DNA of 64,000 bases from Lama guanicoe (Eukaryota), in NCBI GenBank assembly GCA_013239625.1, contig MU053810.1:753320-817319 (forward strand), given 5' to 3'. The notes below the pieces were generated by a model. The model was given only the letters and a program-made list of their open reading frames with translations. It made no database searches and was not told where the DNA came from. Both the position numbers and the translations under genes were made by a program. Within the stretch, counting starts at the first letter, position 1, and every line of letters begins with the position of its first letter. Shown piece after piece: positions 50,685 to 64,000 of this stretch.

Positions 50685-51185
50685 AATAATAACTACCACA
50701 TATCAGAATACTTGTTACCCTCAGACAAGGCGTTTAACACACACACATTCAATTTAATCCTTAGAACAATGCCCTGATTTCTTATCCCCATTTTGCAGAG
50801 GAGGAAAATTGAGGTTCAGAGAGGCAAAGAAACTTGTGCAAGAGGTTTTTGACCCCATTGCTTGGTGCCATTTTCTTATCACCGTGGAAATAGCCAGAGG
50901 TTAATAGCTGGTTGTGGAAGGCTGTATTAAGTTGGTGGAAGTTAGTATTACCAGTGTTTCCGTGGGGTGGAACCACTCTGTACGAAGGGAGAAAGCAAAG
51001 AGTTATGGGATTTTATTAATTCTACGGCTGGGGATGTACTCAAATGGCAGACACTATTACACTCTTTTTCAAAGTACTCTTTGTGCTTATTCCCATTTTA
51101 CAGAAAACTAAGGAAGGAAGTAGTTGGTTGCACAGAATGACTGAGTCACCCGCAGCACTCAGGGCTGAGCCCCAATTCCTTCGTC
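50685..51185. mobile_element. Two MIR fragments just upstream of the promoter
   Basis: tatccccattttgcagaggaggaaaattgaggttcagagagg (50783) and ttattcccattttacagaaaactaagg (51088). Confidence 0.7.
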
Positions 51186-52789
51186 CTTACGTCATTTCTT
51201 TGCCCTTCCTGGGGAAGAGATACCTGATTAAAGGGAAGACAACTTTTTCACTAATAACTCTGGCCTCATCTAACTCCTGCATCTTTAATTAATGTTTACA
51301 AAGCACTTTAATCTACTCCAGTTGCTAGTTAATTAGGCAAGTATTATTATCCTCCTCTTTTTGAACCAAATCCAGGAAAGAATCAATTCTGTCAGTCCCT
51401 AATCCTTGTTGAATAATGGGCCTAAGGTTTCTGTTCATGTGGTTTTTTTTTCCCTCTTAAATTTTGTTCCATATTGTGTTAAACACCAGTTCGTGTATCA
51501 TGAATCAGCTTAGTAAAAGTTAAATAATGTTTAATATCCAGGGCTGAAAAGTAAGATAGGTAGCCCCCGTCTTTCAGAAACTCAGATAAAGAAAAAAAAG
51601 ATGTTGTTAAAACAAGTGCTTCCCAGAATTTTTTTTTTCCTTTTTCGTAGTGTTCTTTTTGCTTGGTTAAGCTTTTATGATGTATAAACATATGTTTAGC
51701 TTAGGTTTTTTTTTTTTAAGTTTATTTAAAAATTAAAAAAAAATTTTTAATAGACACATTTTCTTGTGTGTAAAAGTTAAATTTTCCATGGTATCTCTTA
51801 TTCCAGGTGAAGAGCAGATAATGAAGAAGAAATTGAAGTATGATGGGGTTAGGAAGGAAGAAGGGGAAAAAAGAAAGGCAGGAAAAGGGGGTGGGGGTGG
51901 GTAGACAATGAACAGGGCAGAAAATGAGCCTGAGGTTTCAACGAAGGCCGTGGGGGATGCGGCCAGCCCTGTGAGCTCATCAGGGATCTTTGTGGGAATT
52001 GCAAGCAGGTGTCTGGCTGTTCCTCGGGGGCTGGTGCACACCTGGCCAGGGCCCAGCGTGAGTATGTGAGCACAGGCTGACTTCCAGCCCCCATCACACC
52101 CCTGTCCAGGTACCGTTGTGCCGGCTGAGCAGACCCAAAGACACTAGAAGGTGAGAAAGGACATCAAGAGAGGTAAGAAAACAAGCAACAGCGTAGAGGG
52201 GGAATTTAAAGATTGTTATTCCTGAAAGTCCTTAGATAACATCAAGGGAGAAAAGAAGAACAAAGAAACCATCTGGAGGGTCTTTGGACATGCTACTGTT
52301 ACTACTTTAAAAGAAAACCCATGAAATTGACAAAACTTTACTTTGCATTCACGTGACCTTTTACTAAATGTCTTCTGAAGCTGGTCTTTGCTAAGAAAAT
52401 GTTGGTGATACACAACCCCGAATATTAGTCTGTTATTCTTATTAACTTCGTGTAAATTAAAAAATTTAAAATGAACTTTAGAAATGTAAGCTAAACGTAT
52501 GTTTTTTATTATATAAAAATTAATTACTGTTTAAAATTGACTTGAGAAGCTGCAGTATCTGTAATGGCCGTGAGAGGGAGGTAAACAGGAAAGGAGGAAG
52601 CACAGTTACAAGTAAATTTCTTGAGTTTTCTTTGCTAAAAAATTATAGCATTTTAGAGCTGAAAGGGGAGATGTCAAAAGACATGACTGTCCACTTAGAA
52701 GATGTATCATCTTCAGCTATTTATCCTTTTGAGACTTGGTTCCTTAACTGTACAATGAAGCTATTAACATCTGCCTTCTGAGGCTAAAA

Positions 52790-54035
52790 CAAAATTATTT
52801 TAAAGTTTACCTGAACAAGTAGCAGATGAGAAGAGTTAAGAAAATTATGAAAATGAAGAAAAATATGGTAAATTGTGCTGTTTATTATTTAAAAATAGTG
52901 TAATGATAATTAAAAATATCATAATAGAACATTAGCAGATACTGAGTGATACAGATAATAAAATGGAATAGATAAACCAGAAGAAGCTAGTGTTGGAACA
53001 GGGAAGATTTCAATATGTGATCAAGGAGTCATCTAAAATAAATGAAAAAGGGACAGGATTCAAGATAAATGGACTTGAGAAAAAGAATTTTAAAACCAGA
53101 AGAAAATTTAGGAAAATATTTATTTAACCTCAGTTGGGGGAATGAAAGAAATGAAAAAATCGTAAGGCCGATGACCAGGAGACTAGATTACATAAGTTTT
53201 AAAATTATGAAAACTGAAAATATTCTCAACAACATTTAAAAAGAAAACCATCCCCCAAAACTATGCAGAACAAATCTGACAGTTCATTTTGCCCTCAATG
53301 TAAGAGTGCACACACATTGATAAGAACACCAATAACTCAGTGGGAAAATTTCCTCAAAGAGAATATAAAAATGGTTAGTGATTCACTCTGTGTGTGTAAT
53401 TATATTTAAAAGTATTTGGGTTATCTAGTAAATTTAAAAAATAGAAAAGTAAAATAATATGTAATATTGCACTTATTAAATTAGAAAATATTTTTCTTCA
53501 GCTCTAGTGTTCAGTACTGGCAGGAATGCCATGAAATGGACAATTTTATATATTAGTATTATTAGGAATATAAAATGATACAACTTCACTGGAAAGCTAT
53601 TTTGTGAAATATTTCAAGACCCTTAAAAACCTTTGTGTATTTTGATCCAATAATTTCATATCTAGGGATTCTACAGAAATAATGCAAAATGAGCACAAAG
53701 ATTTGTCCAGAAAGATGAATACTTTCTCCCTTTTCATAATGTCAGAAAATTAGAAACAACCAAAAAAATAAAAAAATTAGGGGGAAATTTAAGTGAACTA
53801 TTATGCAGCTATTAAAAATGAGGAATCTTTCATGAACACAAGAAAATACCTAAATATATTGTTGAGTGGGGGGGGCAGAGAACATCACAAAATTGTATGT
53901 AAATTATTATTTCAGCTACAGATATTGCAAGTATATATGTTACTCTTTCTGGCTGTGATTATGTGATTCTTATTTGTAGTATTGTATATGTTCCAAATTT
54001 TCTGTTGTGTCTCTATATTACTTTTATAAATCAGT
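52790..54035 (+). mobile_element. Highly decayed L1ME-type segment
   Basis: Very AT-rich with A bias; tttgatccaataatttcatatctagggatt and ttatgcagctattaaaaatg motifs. Confidence 0.6.
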
Positions 54036-56149
54036 ACAGGCTAATAAAAATTTTTTGCAACAATAAATGCATTGCATAAAGTCTGTCTTTTATCAAACAT
54101 TTGCCAAATATTTGGTAGAGGCCAGAAAGAAGGAATAGAAGGAGGCTGGTGTACTTCAAGGATGACTTGCTAGGGGAATTTCTTGATTCAAAACAGAAAA
54201 TAATTATTCTACAGATAAGGAAATTACCACCTGGAGGATTTTTTGGTGATGAATTTCAAGAAAAACTTGACAAAGTTGACAGTGAAGTGGTTCCATAATT
54301 ACTGGAAGCAAGTAGCTGATATGCCACCTTGTCTGTCTTGCTGGTCACTATTCTGAAGGGGAAATACAGGTGGAAGAAACAAATGTGGAAGAAAATGGTA
54401 AATAAGTTGTCTCTAAACTCAACGATAAGAGTTCTGAAAGAGAAGCAAGGCTCTTGAAAGTTCCCTGGTGGGCAAGCGCCATTCATTCAAGCTTTGGGAC
54501 CTGCCAAGTGACTGAGGTCCCAGCAGGAAAAGAGACTGTATAGAACCCATTCGTGCTTCACTCCAAAATTGTTCGTGGTCTCTTACATGCCAAGTGTTAC
54601 TAAGGGTAAGGTCTAGGAGATGGAACAGTGAGCAGAATGGATAAGCAGCCTGTCCACAGGGAATTTATGGTCCAGGAGGGCTGGAGGGGCCAGCAATGCA
54701 GACAGGACTCAGGTGATAAACTGGTTAATCACCGACCATCTATTAATCCCCAGATGGACAGTAGTGATTCTGTAGATGAAACAATGGCCAGGTGCACCAC
54801 ATCCCCCCAGAGATAAGCCGTAGAGGTGGTGGCAATTCGACAGATGCCAATGTGTCTTGCTTCTGCCGATCTCGGGCTAGCTTTCGGTTCACAGATGGAG
54901 TGTGCAAAGCCGACAGGGTTTTGGAAGTGGCTCTGGGACCCTGTGGGGTCTGGGGAGATGGAGGATAAGGCAGCTGCTGAGGGAGAGAGAGACATAAAGG
55001 AGAACCTTGGGAAATTTCCTGTGCAAGTGTCTTTAACCCTCTCCATCTTCCCACAAACTCCACTGACACCTCTGCTCCTCAGGACTGCTTTTGGAACGAA
55101 CCTTATTTTCAGGAGATTTGCATACGGCTGAAACTGGCCTCGGGTGGGTCTCAGGTAAGAGCTGGGACCCAGTGAGACCTGGTTCTGTTTGTGTCACAGA
55201 CACAGCAGTAGCATATTTGGAAGAAGAGGTTAGTATAGTGAGTTGAAATACTTAACATGTGTGGATTGTGTTACCTTCCTGCTAATCTGAATTCTTATAC
55301 ACCCATGTCGGTTAAGAGATTTCCTTACACCAGATCTCTGAGTTTGAGGACCGACATTTTTCTATTGATTTCCATTGTGACCCAGGACATAACCTCCTCT
55401 TTGATGGGACCCTGAACTTGAGGATGTTAATTCCCTGATTTCAAGGGAGCACTTCACCTACTGTTCCAGTCAGAAAGTTGCACAGAGGAATCACCGAGCA
55501 GGGTAGGTGACCACTTAGTGGGGTCCAGGTCTGTCCCCCAGCTTTACAGACTCAGTAATTCAGTTCCTGTCAGGGCCATCTGGATGTGACCGGGCTCTCA
55601 GGCACTGGGTCTCAACTGTATTTCCAAATTGCAATGCTGGTGGAGTGGAGGATGGATGAAACCAAACTGATGATACTTCAGTAAGTTTAAAATATTTTAT
55701 TTCAATTTCTAGATTGTTAAATAGCATTAAAGAAAACACCCCTTTTACAAGGAATCACAGTAGGAAACAAAAAGGGAAATCACACCAAACACTACCATTC
55801 ACTATGAGTAATAGCACGTTGTGGGATCTTTCTTCCCCTCTTGTCATAAAATTGCTCCGAGGACCAAAATGCGTATCATCTCTTGCATTCCAAACTCAAG
55901 AAGTCACCAGGAAGTAACCACCTTCTCAGGACTTACTGACAGTTAACACGTCCAAACTGGCCCTGCCACTAACTGCTCCCCCAGCTGCATTCCCAAAATA
56001 AGCAGAGGCTTGAAGGTCCTAAGCTTTGCAAGGATGCAGTTAGTATTCATGGTGGGAGGCTGTTCCCTCCCCGCTACGGGGGAGTGGAGGGAGGCTGTAT
56101 TCCCTTTCTGTCCACCCACGACAGTCCCCCTCATGATCCCAGACTGAAC

Positions 56150-56695
56150 CTGTGTCCCCATACTAACCCCCGTTTCTCAGCCCCCAGCCCCTGGCACCCA
56201 CCCTTCTACTTTCTGTCTGGATGGTTTTGATGACTCTAGGTACCTCACATGATGGAATCGGACAGTATTTGTCCTCTGGTGTCTGGCTTCTTTCACTTAG
56301 CATGTTTTCAAGTTCGTCCATATATTAACATGTATTAAAGTTTCCTTCCTTTTCATGGTTCAGTAATATTCCATTGTATGTCCATACCACGCCTTGTTTA
56401 TCCATCCTACTGTGGCTGGGCCCTTAGATTGTTTCCACACTTTGGCGATTGTGAATAATGCTGCTGTGAACATGGGTGCCCCCAGATCTGTCCTACTCCC
56501 TGCTTTCAATGATTTTAGCTATTTGCCCAGATGTGGAATTGCTGAATCATATGGTGATTCCATGTTTACTTTTTTGAGGACCCGCCAGACTGGCTTCCAC
56601 AGTGGCTGCGCCATGGTACATGCCCACCAGCACAAGGACGGTGGTTCCAATTTCTCCACATCTTCACCAACACTTGTTATTTTCTTTGTTGTTGT
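56150..56695 (-). mobile_element. L1MA/MB 3' fragment
   Basis: cccccagcccctggcaccc...tggcttctttcacttagcatg...gtgaataatgctgctgtgaacat...ccaatttctccacatcttcaccaacacttg. Confidence 0.85.
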
Positions 56696-58214
56696 CATTT
56701 AGTAGTTAGAATTGAATCTTAAATACAAAAATACAACTGGTCTAATAACCACAAATGTTAGGGAAATTGTTAATTCTGGCCAGTCTGGTCACTGAGGCAC
56801 CAGTTCTCTGTGGGAAATGGGAATTTGACGGAGATCAGCTGGGGACAGATGCTGACAGCAGTGAAATCATTCTGGGCTTAGGCCCCCAACAAGTTGAGAA
56901 CCATGTGTAAACCAGCTACAGGAATAGAGTTCTTTTTCTCAAAATGCGGACTAATTTTGAAAATGACTCCCATACGAATGCAGCAGGTTGGACATATTTA
57001 CCACCTTCACCCTTTCACCACCCATTCATTTCCTAAACCCTTCCTGTCCGGGCTCTATTCCCACAAACTATTCTAAAGCTGTCTTCTCTGAGTTCTCATC
57101 CCAGCTTCTGGCAGCTTGGACCATCCATCAAATACAAGTATTCTTCCCAAAGTTGAGTCTTCAGCAGAGTTCACACTGCTCTCTTTAGGCAAAGGCACTC
57201 ATCAGCCCATCACCTCGCCCTCAAATATGATTTCCATGATGACCTGAACAATTTCCACCTCTGGGAGTTATTCATTTCATTTAACAAGGTGAGTGGCCCC
57301 TCTGGTTGTGGTTGAAAACCTTGCTTTGAATCATTTGCTTGGCAACTCATTAAATTTAAATTCATTACATTCATTCATCCATCCATCATCCCTGTTGGGT
57401 TGTGACAGGTGAGCCTCTCTCCTTAGAATGCTTGCATTGGGAGAAGTGTAGACCAAAAGAATGAATAAAGTTCAATCATTCTGTGTGATACAGAAATAGA
57501 AGTAATCCACTGGCATCTCAAGAAGGGGGTTGCAAATGGAAGCGTCAGGGGGGCGTGGGAAAGGCTAGCTAGAAACATGGCAGAAACCAGAGTGTTTGAA
57601 GAGGTGTAGATATAAAATATTCTCTATGTGGGAAGTGACAGGACTTTGCTAGAGCAGAGGAGCAATGTCTGATGTTAGAGTTGAAGTGTCTGCAAATTGT
57701 GTGGCGGTTCCCCCTGCAGCACACCCCCAGGAGCTCTTTGGAGGACTGAAAAGAGTCACATCCCCTGATTTCAGGAAACGAGGGCAGTTAAAGCAGGTCT
57801 GGACTTAGTGGTTTGGAGTCAGAGGACAGCCGGGAAATTGGCGACAGTGTGAATAAGAAAGTAACCCCTCGACTCTAGGGTACGTTAGAGAAATAGGCCA
57901 GAGTGTTGTAGATTTGGCTGCTATGACTGCAGAAGCCGTTTCATTTTGGTGTTAAGTGAAACAGTGACCTCAGGAAGTCAGAGGCCATGGAGACGCTTGG
58001 ATTATAGAATCTTTGTAAACAAGACGTTGGCCTGTGGCAGCAGGTGCCCGTTCTTCACACATGCTAGCATCCTTGTGGGACCAGACACATGTGTTTATCA
58101 TGCTAAGTGTTAAGCCCTCATCTTTTGGGCTCATAATCTCTCTCAGACCCTGACCTTCTTTTTTAAGCTCATTAAAAGGCCAGGAGCCCCTTTTCCTCAC
58201 ATTTCAGAGGAATA

Positions 58215-58415
58215 AATAATAATAACCCTTACATCTTTATACCATTTCATCATTGGCAAATCCCATTCACATCATTTAATCCTCTCGACAGAAGGCGTGA
58301 TTCTTCCCATTTTACAGATGGGGAAACTGGGGATTCAGAAGGATTCAGTGACTTTGCTCAATCTCATTCAAGTAGTCAGCGGCAAAATGGTCATTCTAGT
58401 CCAGTGCCCTCTGCC
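58215..58415. mobile_element. MIR SINE
   Basis: catttaatcctc...cccattttacagatggggaaactgggg. Confidence 0.75.
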
Positions 58416-59779
58416 TTTCGCCAGGGCTGCCGTTCATGTGTCTGTGCTATCATTTTTTCATGCATTTTCTCTCTACAAAGCCAATTAAGGGGTTTGTGTT
58501 CACACTGTCAACTATTTTCAAGGTTATTAAATTAGTACTGGGGAAAGGACAACTTTATGCGCATTTCAGGAGTAGTAATAAACATTAGAGATTTGGAAAT
58601 CTCATTAGAAATGTGGAAATCTCACCTTATTAAATATTTATCTGAGTAAAGTCAGCTGAGGAGGTACTAAGAAGGGGGCTATGGGGTTGACAAAAAAATA
58701 GCAACTGCTTTTCAGCCTAAAGGGTGAGAATTTTTATTTAAAGCCATTATTTCAATGGGAAGCATCAAAACTTTTGCCTGAAGTGCCCTGCCTGTAAAGA
58801 AGTACTGAATGCCGAATACGAGGTGCTATCTTATACTTATGAAAAGACTGTGTGCTTCCCTATAGCAAAGAAATCCAAACCGACAAATCCCTAGTGAGCC
58901 TCACATCCCTAAAGCACCATCTCCTGCAATGTAGACCAAAGCCCGACATTCAGGCCAAACACAGAAGGGGGGATGGTACAGGCTTCCTTCAGCTTTATTT
59001 GGAAGCCCTTAGTCAGACTGAGAAGGGTGACAAAAATAGATTCATGACCCTGCAGGTGAGGGGCAGAGCTGGCCAGGGAGGGGACACAGGTGCCTTCACT
59101 CTGACTCTCCTGGGCAGAGCAGAGCACCCCCACCTGCAAAGCCTGCGTTGTGATGGCAGAACAAAGCTTCCCAGTGGGGCGCCTGAATCTGCTGGCTTTC
59201 CAGATGCTGCTGGAGGGTAGCAGGGGTAATTGATATCCAGACAACTCCGTAACTGGTTTTGAGTTTTGTCTTCCATCCGCTCATTTCCCACTTTGACTAA
59301 AAATAGCAAAGTTAACTTATTTAATTTTCCTTGGCTTTCCCTTCCCCTTCCTCTCCTGGGAAGACGTGCTTACGAGCTCTGGAGAGGAACAGGCCTGTGT
59401 AGACTCATGAACTGACTAGTGTAAGCAAGGGAGGTCTGACTCTCGAGCTACATGCACTGTATATGCTATTAAGGAGTCATCTGGCTTAATCAGTGGAGGG
59501 CTTGGGAAATAGCCAGCCATTCTGACTTACACTGTGTTAAAACAGCATGTTAAGAAATCCCAAATGTTGGAGACGTTTCTAAGATGGCCAAATAATTTTT
59601 CATTTCATACATGCTTTCACTAAAAGATGCCTTTAAATAATAAGCTCCTTTTGGTGCATTAAGAATATTCAGGTTACACACAAGAATTTTCCTGTGGCTT
59701 AAGATACACTACATCTGTAGCTCTAGACCTCAGTCTCAAAATATCTTTCAGACACGAATTCATTAACCAGATGACATGT

Positions 59780-59860
59780 TACATCCCATTTTCAGAAGGA
59801 GAAACTGAGGCTCCAGAAGGACCTGGTTCCTGATCCCCAATCCGTGGCTTTCTCCACTTA
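59780..59860. mobile_element. MIR fragment
   Basis: cccattttcagaaggagaaactgaggctccaga. Confidence 0.6.
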
Positions 59861-61064
59861 AAGACCTTTGCAAATTCAGGGACCTTGCCCAGCAGGTAGA
59901 GCGGCTATAAAAGCCGGGTATTATGACAAGAAAGCAGAAATAGAATCACACACGATGATTTTTGGCAAAATAATTTTCAGACAATTGAAAAAAGCCATAA
60001 ACATCAGAGTAGTGGGTAAAAAGAGTATTTAAATATATATTTTTAAATATACAGCTTTTGTCCTCTGGCCCAGCAAAGAGATACCTACAGAGTGGCACTG
60101 GCCGGATATCTTTAAATAAGTGAAAAAGTATCTAGTAACTGGAACTGTAGGATGCTTGGGTGCCAAGGCTGCATGGCATTTCAGCTCCAGCTGCGTTCTG
60201 ACCACCTCCCGGGTCTGATCACCATCTCTGAGCTCTTCCATCTTACCAGGCTGGCCTCCAGGACCAGCGGACGCTGTCCTCTGGGGAAAGAGCCTTCTTG
60301 GCAGTCATTTTAAGATTGTGAAGTGATGACTCGGTTCTCTTCAGAGACAAACTGGGAGGAAGCCCTGGCTGAAAGGTGGAGGTGGGAAGGCTCCGGGACT
60401 TCTCAGATGCGATGGAGCCGTCCACGCCCCGAGCCTTGTTTATTTGGCATAGGCCCAGACTTTTTTTTTGCCATAGGAGACTCAGAAGGAAGACTTCTGA
60501 CCCTGCTCAAATGAAGATGCTGAAGTTAGTTACTCCTTATGAGGACATTGAATGACCTCCTTTTTGTTTTTAATTCCATGAGAGGGAATTAAAGGACCAA
60601 GAGATGGCATCAAAAAACTAGGGGATCTATCGTATTAGTGACTCAGTTCCTTTGTTGCTCATAAGCAAACAAGTTGGAGTGAAGCCCAGGTCTGTGAGGT
60701 ATGACTGGGGCCCGAGAGAGGCTCCTTGCCGCAGAGTCCTGCTCGCTCCCGCCATGCTCAGCCCCCGTAGCTCTCTGGTCCTCTGTCTGCACCCCCCCCA
60801 CCCCGTTCCCTCTGCACTCAGATCCCCGCCGCTTCTGTGGCCGGAATACCCCCTGAACATATGCCCTGATCTGCTGGGGCCGCTCTCATTCTGGTTCCTT
60901 AAAGATCTTGCTGGTCCTTAAAGTTCAGGCTCAGTGCTTCCTCCTTCATGGGGATTCCTGTGTGTGCCCTGAACATCCCAGTCTCCACCTTTCTCTCTTT
61001 CTCTCCCTCTTTCTTCTTAAGTTTTTATTATAAACTTATAATAAAGTTATATAAATATGTATTC

Positions 61065-61735
61065 CTTTTTTAAAAGTTATAGTTGATTTACAATATTGTG
61101 TTAGTTTCAGGTTACAGCAAAGTTCTTCAGTTTTTTTGTATATATGTATCTATTCTTTTTCAGATTCTTTTCCATTATAGGTTATGACAAGATATTGGCT
61201 ATACTTCCCTGTGCTCTACAGTAAGACCTTGTTGTCTATCTGTTTTATGTATAGCAGTGTGTAACTGTTACTCTTGTACTCCTAATTTACCCTTCCCCTC
61301 TTCCCCCTTTGGTAACAATGTTTGTTTTCTATGTCTGTGAGTCTGTTTCTTGTTTTGTTAAATAAGTTTATTTGTATTTTATTTTAGATTCCACATATAA
61401 GTGATATCATATGATATTTGTCTATCTTTGGCTGACTTATTTCACTTAATATGATAATCTCTAGGTCCATCCATGTTGCTGCAGATTACATTATTTCATT
61501 CTCTTTTTTATGGCTGAGTAGTGTATACATATATATGTATATATATATGCACTTCTTTATCCAGTCACCTGTTGATGGACACAGGTTGCTTCCTGTCTTG
61601 GCTATTGTAAACAGTGCTGCTGTGAACATTGGGCACATGTGTCTTTTTGAATTAGTTTTCAGCTTTTCCCATTATTTGCCCAGGAGTGGAATTGCTGGAT
61701 TATATGGTAGTTTTTCGTTTTTTGACGAAACTCCA
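61065..61735 (-). mobile_element. 5'-truncated L1 (same family as the 37 kb and 45 kb copies)
   Basis: atagttgatttacaatattgtgttagtttcagg...ttttagattccacatataagtgatatcatatg...caggagtggaattgctggat. Confidence 0.9.
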
Positions 61736-63210
61736 TCTCTCTTTCTCTTTTTATAGTGCTCGAAATGTTCTGACTGGCATCGCGGTTGTCTCTGTGCTCG
61801 TCTAGCTGAGCATCCCCCAGTGGGTGGAAAATCTTTGCTCTCTTAGGAGCCGGGCCCACGACATAGGGGAGGTACTCACCATTTTGAAAATTATGCTTCC
61901 TTGGAGTAGATGGAAACAGAATTGAAGGGGATTAAGGAAGAGACCAGGGGTCCAGAGATGGAGGCAGAAGGTTGGTGGCCAAAGGCAAGGGAGCATTAAG
62001 ATGTTTGCTCGACAGGCAGCAGGGTTGAATGCCGTTCTGTGTGATGGAACCAGGAGGAATGGCCACGTGGAGGCTGTAGAGACAGTGCTAAGTTCTGTGT
62101 CACTGATGCATCTGCTCCTTACCGGTGCTCACAGGAACTGGAGAATGGCCAGAGCTGCACTTCCTCAGGGAACGCAATGTCACGAATAAAACATACGCTT
62201 GTATTCTTGGAACAACTGAATTGTAAGGGTGCCGGTGCTGAGGAGGGGAAAGGTCACAGAGTCCAGGGCAATCCCGACAGAGGGTACAGTTCCCGGCCCG
62301 TTCCAGAGAATCCCTGCTGAGATGCCCAGGGCTGGGCCAACCACTGTGCGGGGCCCTGATCAGAGGATAACCCCGGGCCCCAGGAGATATTCCACCGGCT
62401 GCCCAAGGCCTGCAGCTCCAACAGAGGAGCCTCTCAGCTATTTTTAAGGATTTCCGGAAGAGGGGAATTCGTTCCTTTCTCGTGGGGAAAGGAAAGAGCA
62501 GGGGAAGGTTTCTTTCTTGGGTTAGGTGAGGCTGTGTCTGTGAACTACCTGAGGCACCTGGACAGTGTTTTGCGAGGTCCCAATTCAAGGACGGTGTGCA
62601 GGGCTGCAGTCCAGTCCTGAATTCCCCGGGTGTTGGGCAGTGGAGGAGACGCTCCTGTTTGCTGGAGTCGCGGAGTGGAAGTGATCATGGGCAGAATTTA
62701 CCTCCCGTTTCCTGACTCTGCAGCCAGCCCAGTGAGGCATGGGGTGGGAAGGGGGATGTGAGGTTGAATAAAAGGGTGGACTGCAGGAGGTGCTTCCCAT
62801 GAGGGGCCTCAAAGTGATGCTGTTCCACAAACACCTACAGACTAGGGGGGACAGGACCACAGTCCCTGACTGAAGGCCATTCTTTTGGAAAAGTATGCAA
62901 CCCAGGTGATGAAATGTGAAACAGAACCCCAGGGATCTCCTCCATCAAAGATCTGGGCCAATGCTGCCCGAGTTGAATTTCTGTAATCCCTAGGATTCAA
63001 CCAGCAGAAGGAACAAGGACTTGGGTTTTTTATTTCCGCAGTGATGCAGCTTCTTCTTTTAAGACCAAAAGGCTTTAATTTAGTCTTCACCTGGGTCTGC
63101 AGCTTCTCAGGAAGTCGCAGCGTGCCTATCACCAAAGAAACCCAATTCAGACTAAATCATCTGGTGGATAGTTCAAGATTCCCCATACAGAACCCATTCT
63201 GAGTTCTGAC

Positions 63211-63211
<1 letters not shown>

Positions 63212-63247
<36 letters not shown>

Positions 63248-63250
63248 ACA
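63212..63250. repeat. (CA)n microsatellite
   Basis: Read directly; ~15 perfect units plus an interrupted tail. Confidence 0.95.
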
Positions 63251-63447
63251 AACCAACCATGAATTGCCTGAGGGATTGGTCTCCTAATTTAAAAGGACAG
63301 TGTCTGGTCTAATGTTTACCAGGAGAACTTCAGACTAGAAAGTCCTGGATCAAAGAAAACTGCTATGATGAATTGGAAATGGGTTTAGGGGCAATGTTTC
63401 AGGACAGGAGTCAAGGGCCTTTGAGGGGATGCTTTAAAGTCAGGCAT

Positions 63448-63832
63448 TGTTGTGGGCTGAGTGATGCACCCCCACCCCAAATTCACATATTGAAATCTGA
63501 GCCCCCAATACCCCCATAATGTGACAGTATTTGGAGATAGGGCCTTTAAAGGGACAGTTAAGTTCAAATGAGGTCATTAATCCTGTAGGGTCCTAATCCA
63601 ATAGGGCTGCTGTCCTTGTAAGAAGAGGAAATCTGAACACAGACACAGAGGGAAGACCATGTGATGATGCACGGAGAAGACGGCCGTCAACACACCAAGG
63701 AGACAGGCCTCAGCAGAAACCAGCCCTGCCCATGCCCTGATGTCGGACATTGGTCCCGAGTACCATAAATGAGTGTTGTTGAAGCCTCCAGTCTGCGGTA
63801 CCCTGTGAGAGCATCCTGAGCAGAGTAACACA
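63448..63832 (+). mobile_element. MLT1A/B-type MaLR solo LTR
   Basis: TG...CA termini; aatgtgacagtatttggagatagggcctttaa, ctaatccaata...gtccttgtaagaagagga. Confidence 0.85.
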
Positions 63833-64000
63833 GGTGATTTGAGGTGTACCCATCAGGGGAGCATGGACGAGGTCCAGGAGAGAGAGGCAAGGCCTGGAGA
63901 TGGAAGGAATTCTCCGAAATGACCAGAGCATAAGTGGACTGTTCTAGACTAGAAAGGAAGGCTCAGGAGGGGCGAGAAGTACAGACAGTTGTAGGTCAGG

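Noticed and set aside
1..64000. CRISPR arrays, operons, intact ERV or transposase genes, ECHDC3/UPF2 exons
   Set aside because: Mammalian DNA with no repeat-spacer arrays, no gag/pol/env or transposase ORFs, and no recognisable neighbouring-gene exons.

Overview
Mammalian genomic DNA, most likely camelid (Camelus/Lama/Vicugna), inferred from two tRNA-Ala-derived Vic-1-type SINEs at ~42.6-42.8 kb. The window holds one protein-coding gene on the minus strand: PROSER2 (proline and serine rich 2, C10orf47, SARG family). It has a CpG-island promoter and non-coding exon 1 near 50.2-50.5 kb, three coding exons (38255-38118, 26388-26136, 24485-23515; 1362 nt, 453 aa, all GT-AG and phase-consistent), and a 3' UTR with two candidate poly(A) signals. 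The remainder is intron and intergenic DNA rich in old and lineage-specific repeats (L1, L2, MIR, MLT1/MER21/MER31-like LTRs, Tigger1, MER63, MER5A, MER20, MER58). Repeat family names come from recall of consensus sequences and their boundaries are approximate. Nearly all other ORFs in the track appear spurious. I found no convincing new biological system. The best second-look items are a dense NRF1/ETS/MARE/GC-box cluster just downstream of PROSER2, an unusually similar inverted pair of LTR fragments, a uORF in exon 2, tandem poly(A) sites, and the question of whether this gene is the orthologue or a paralogue of human PROSER2.
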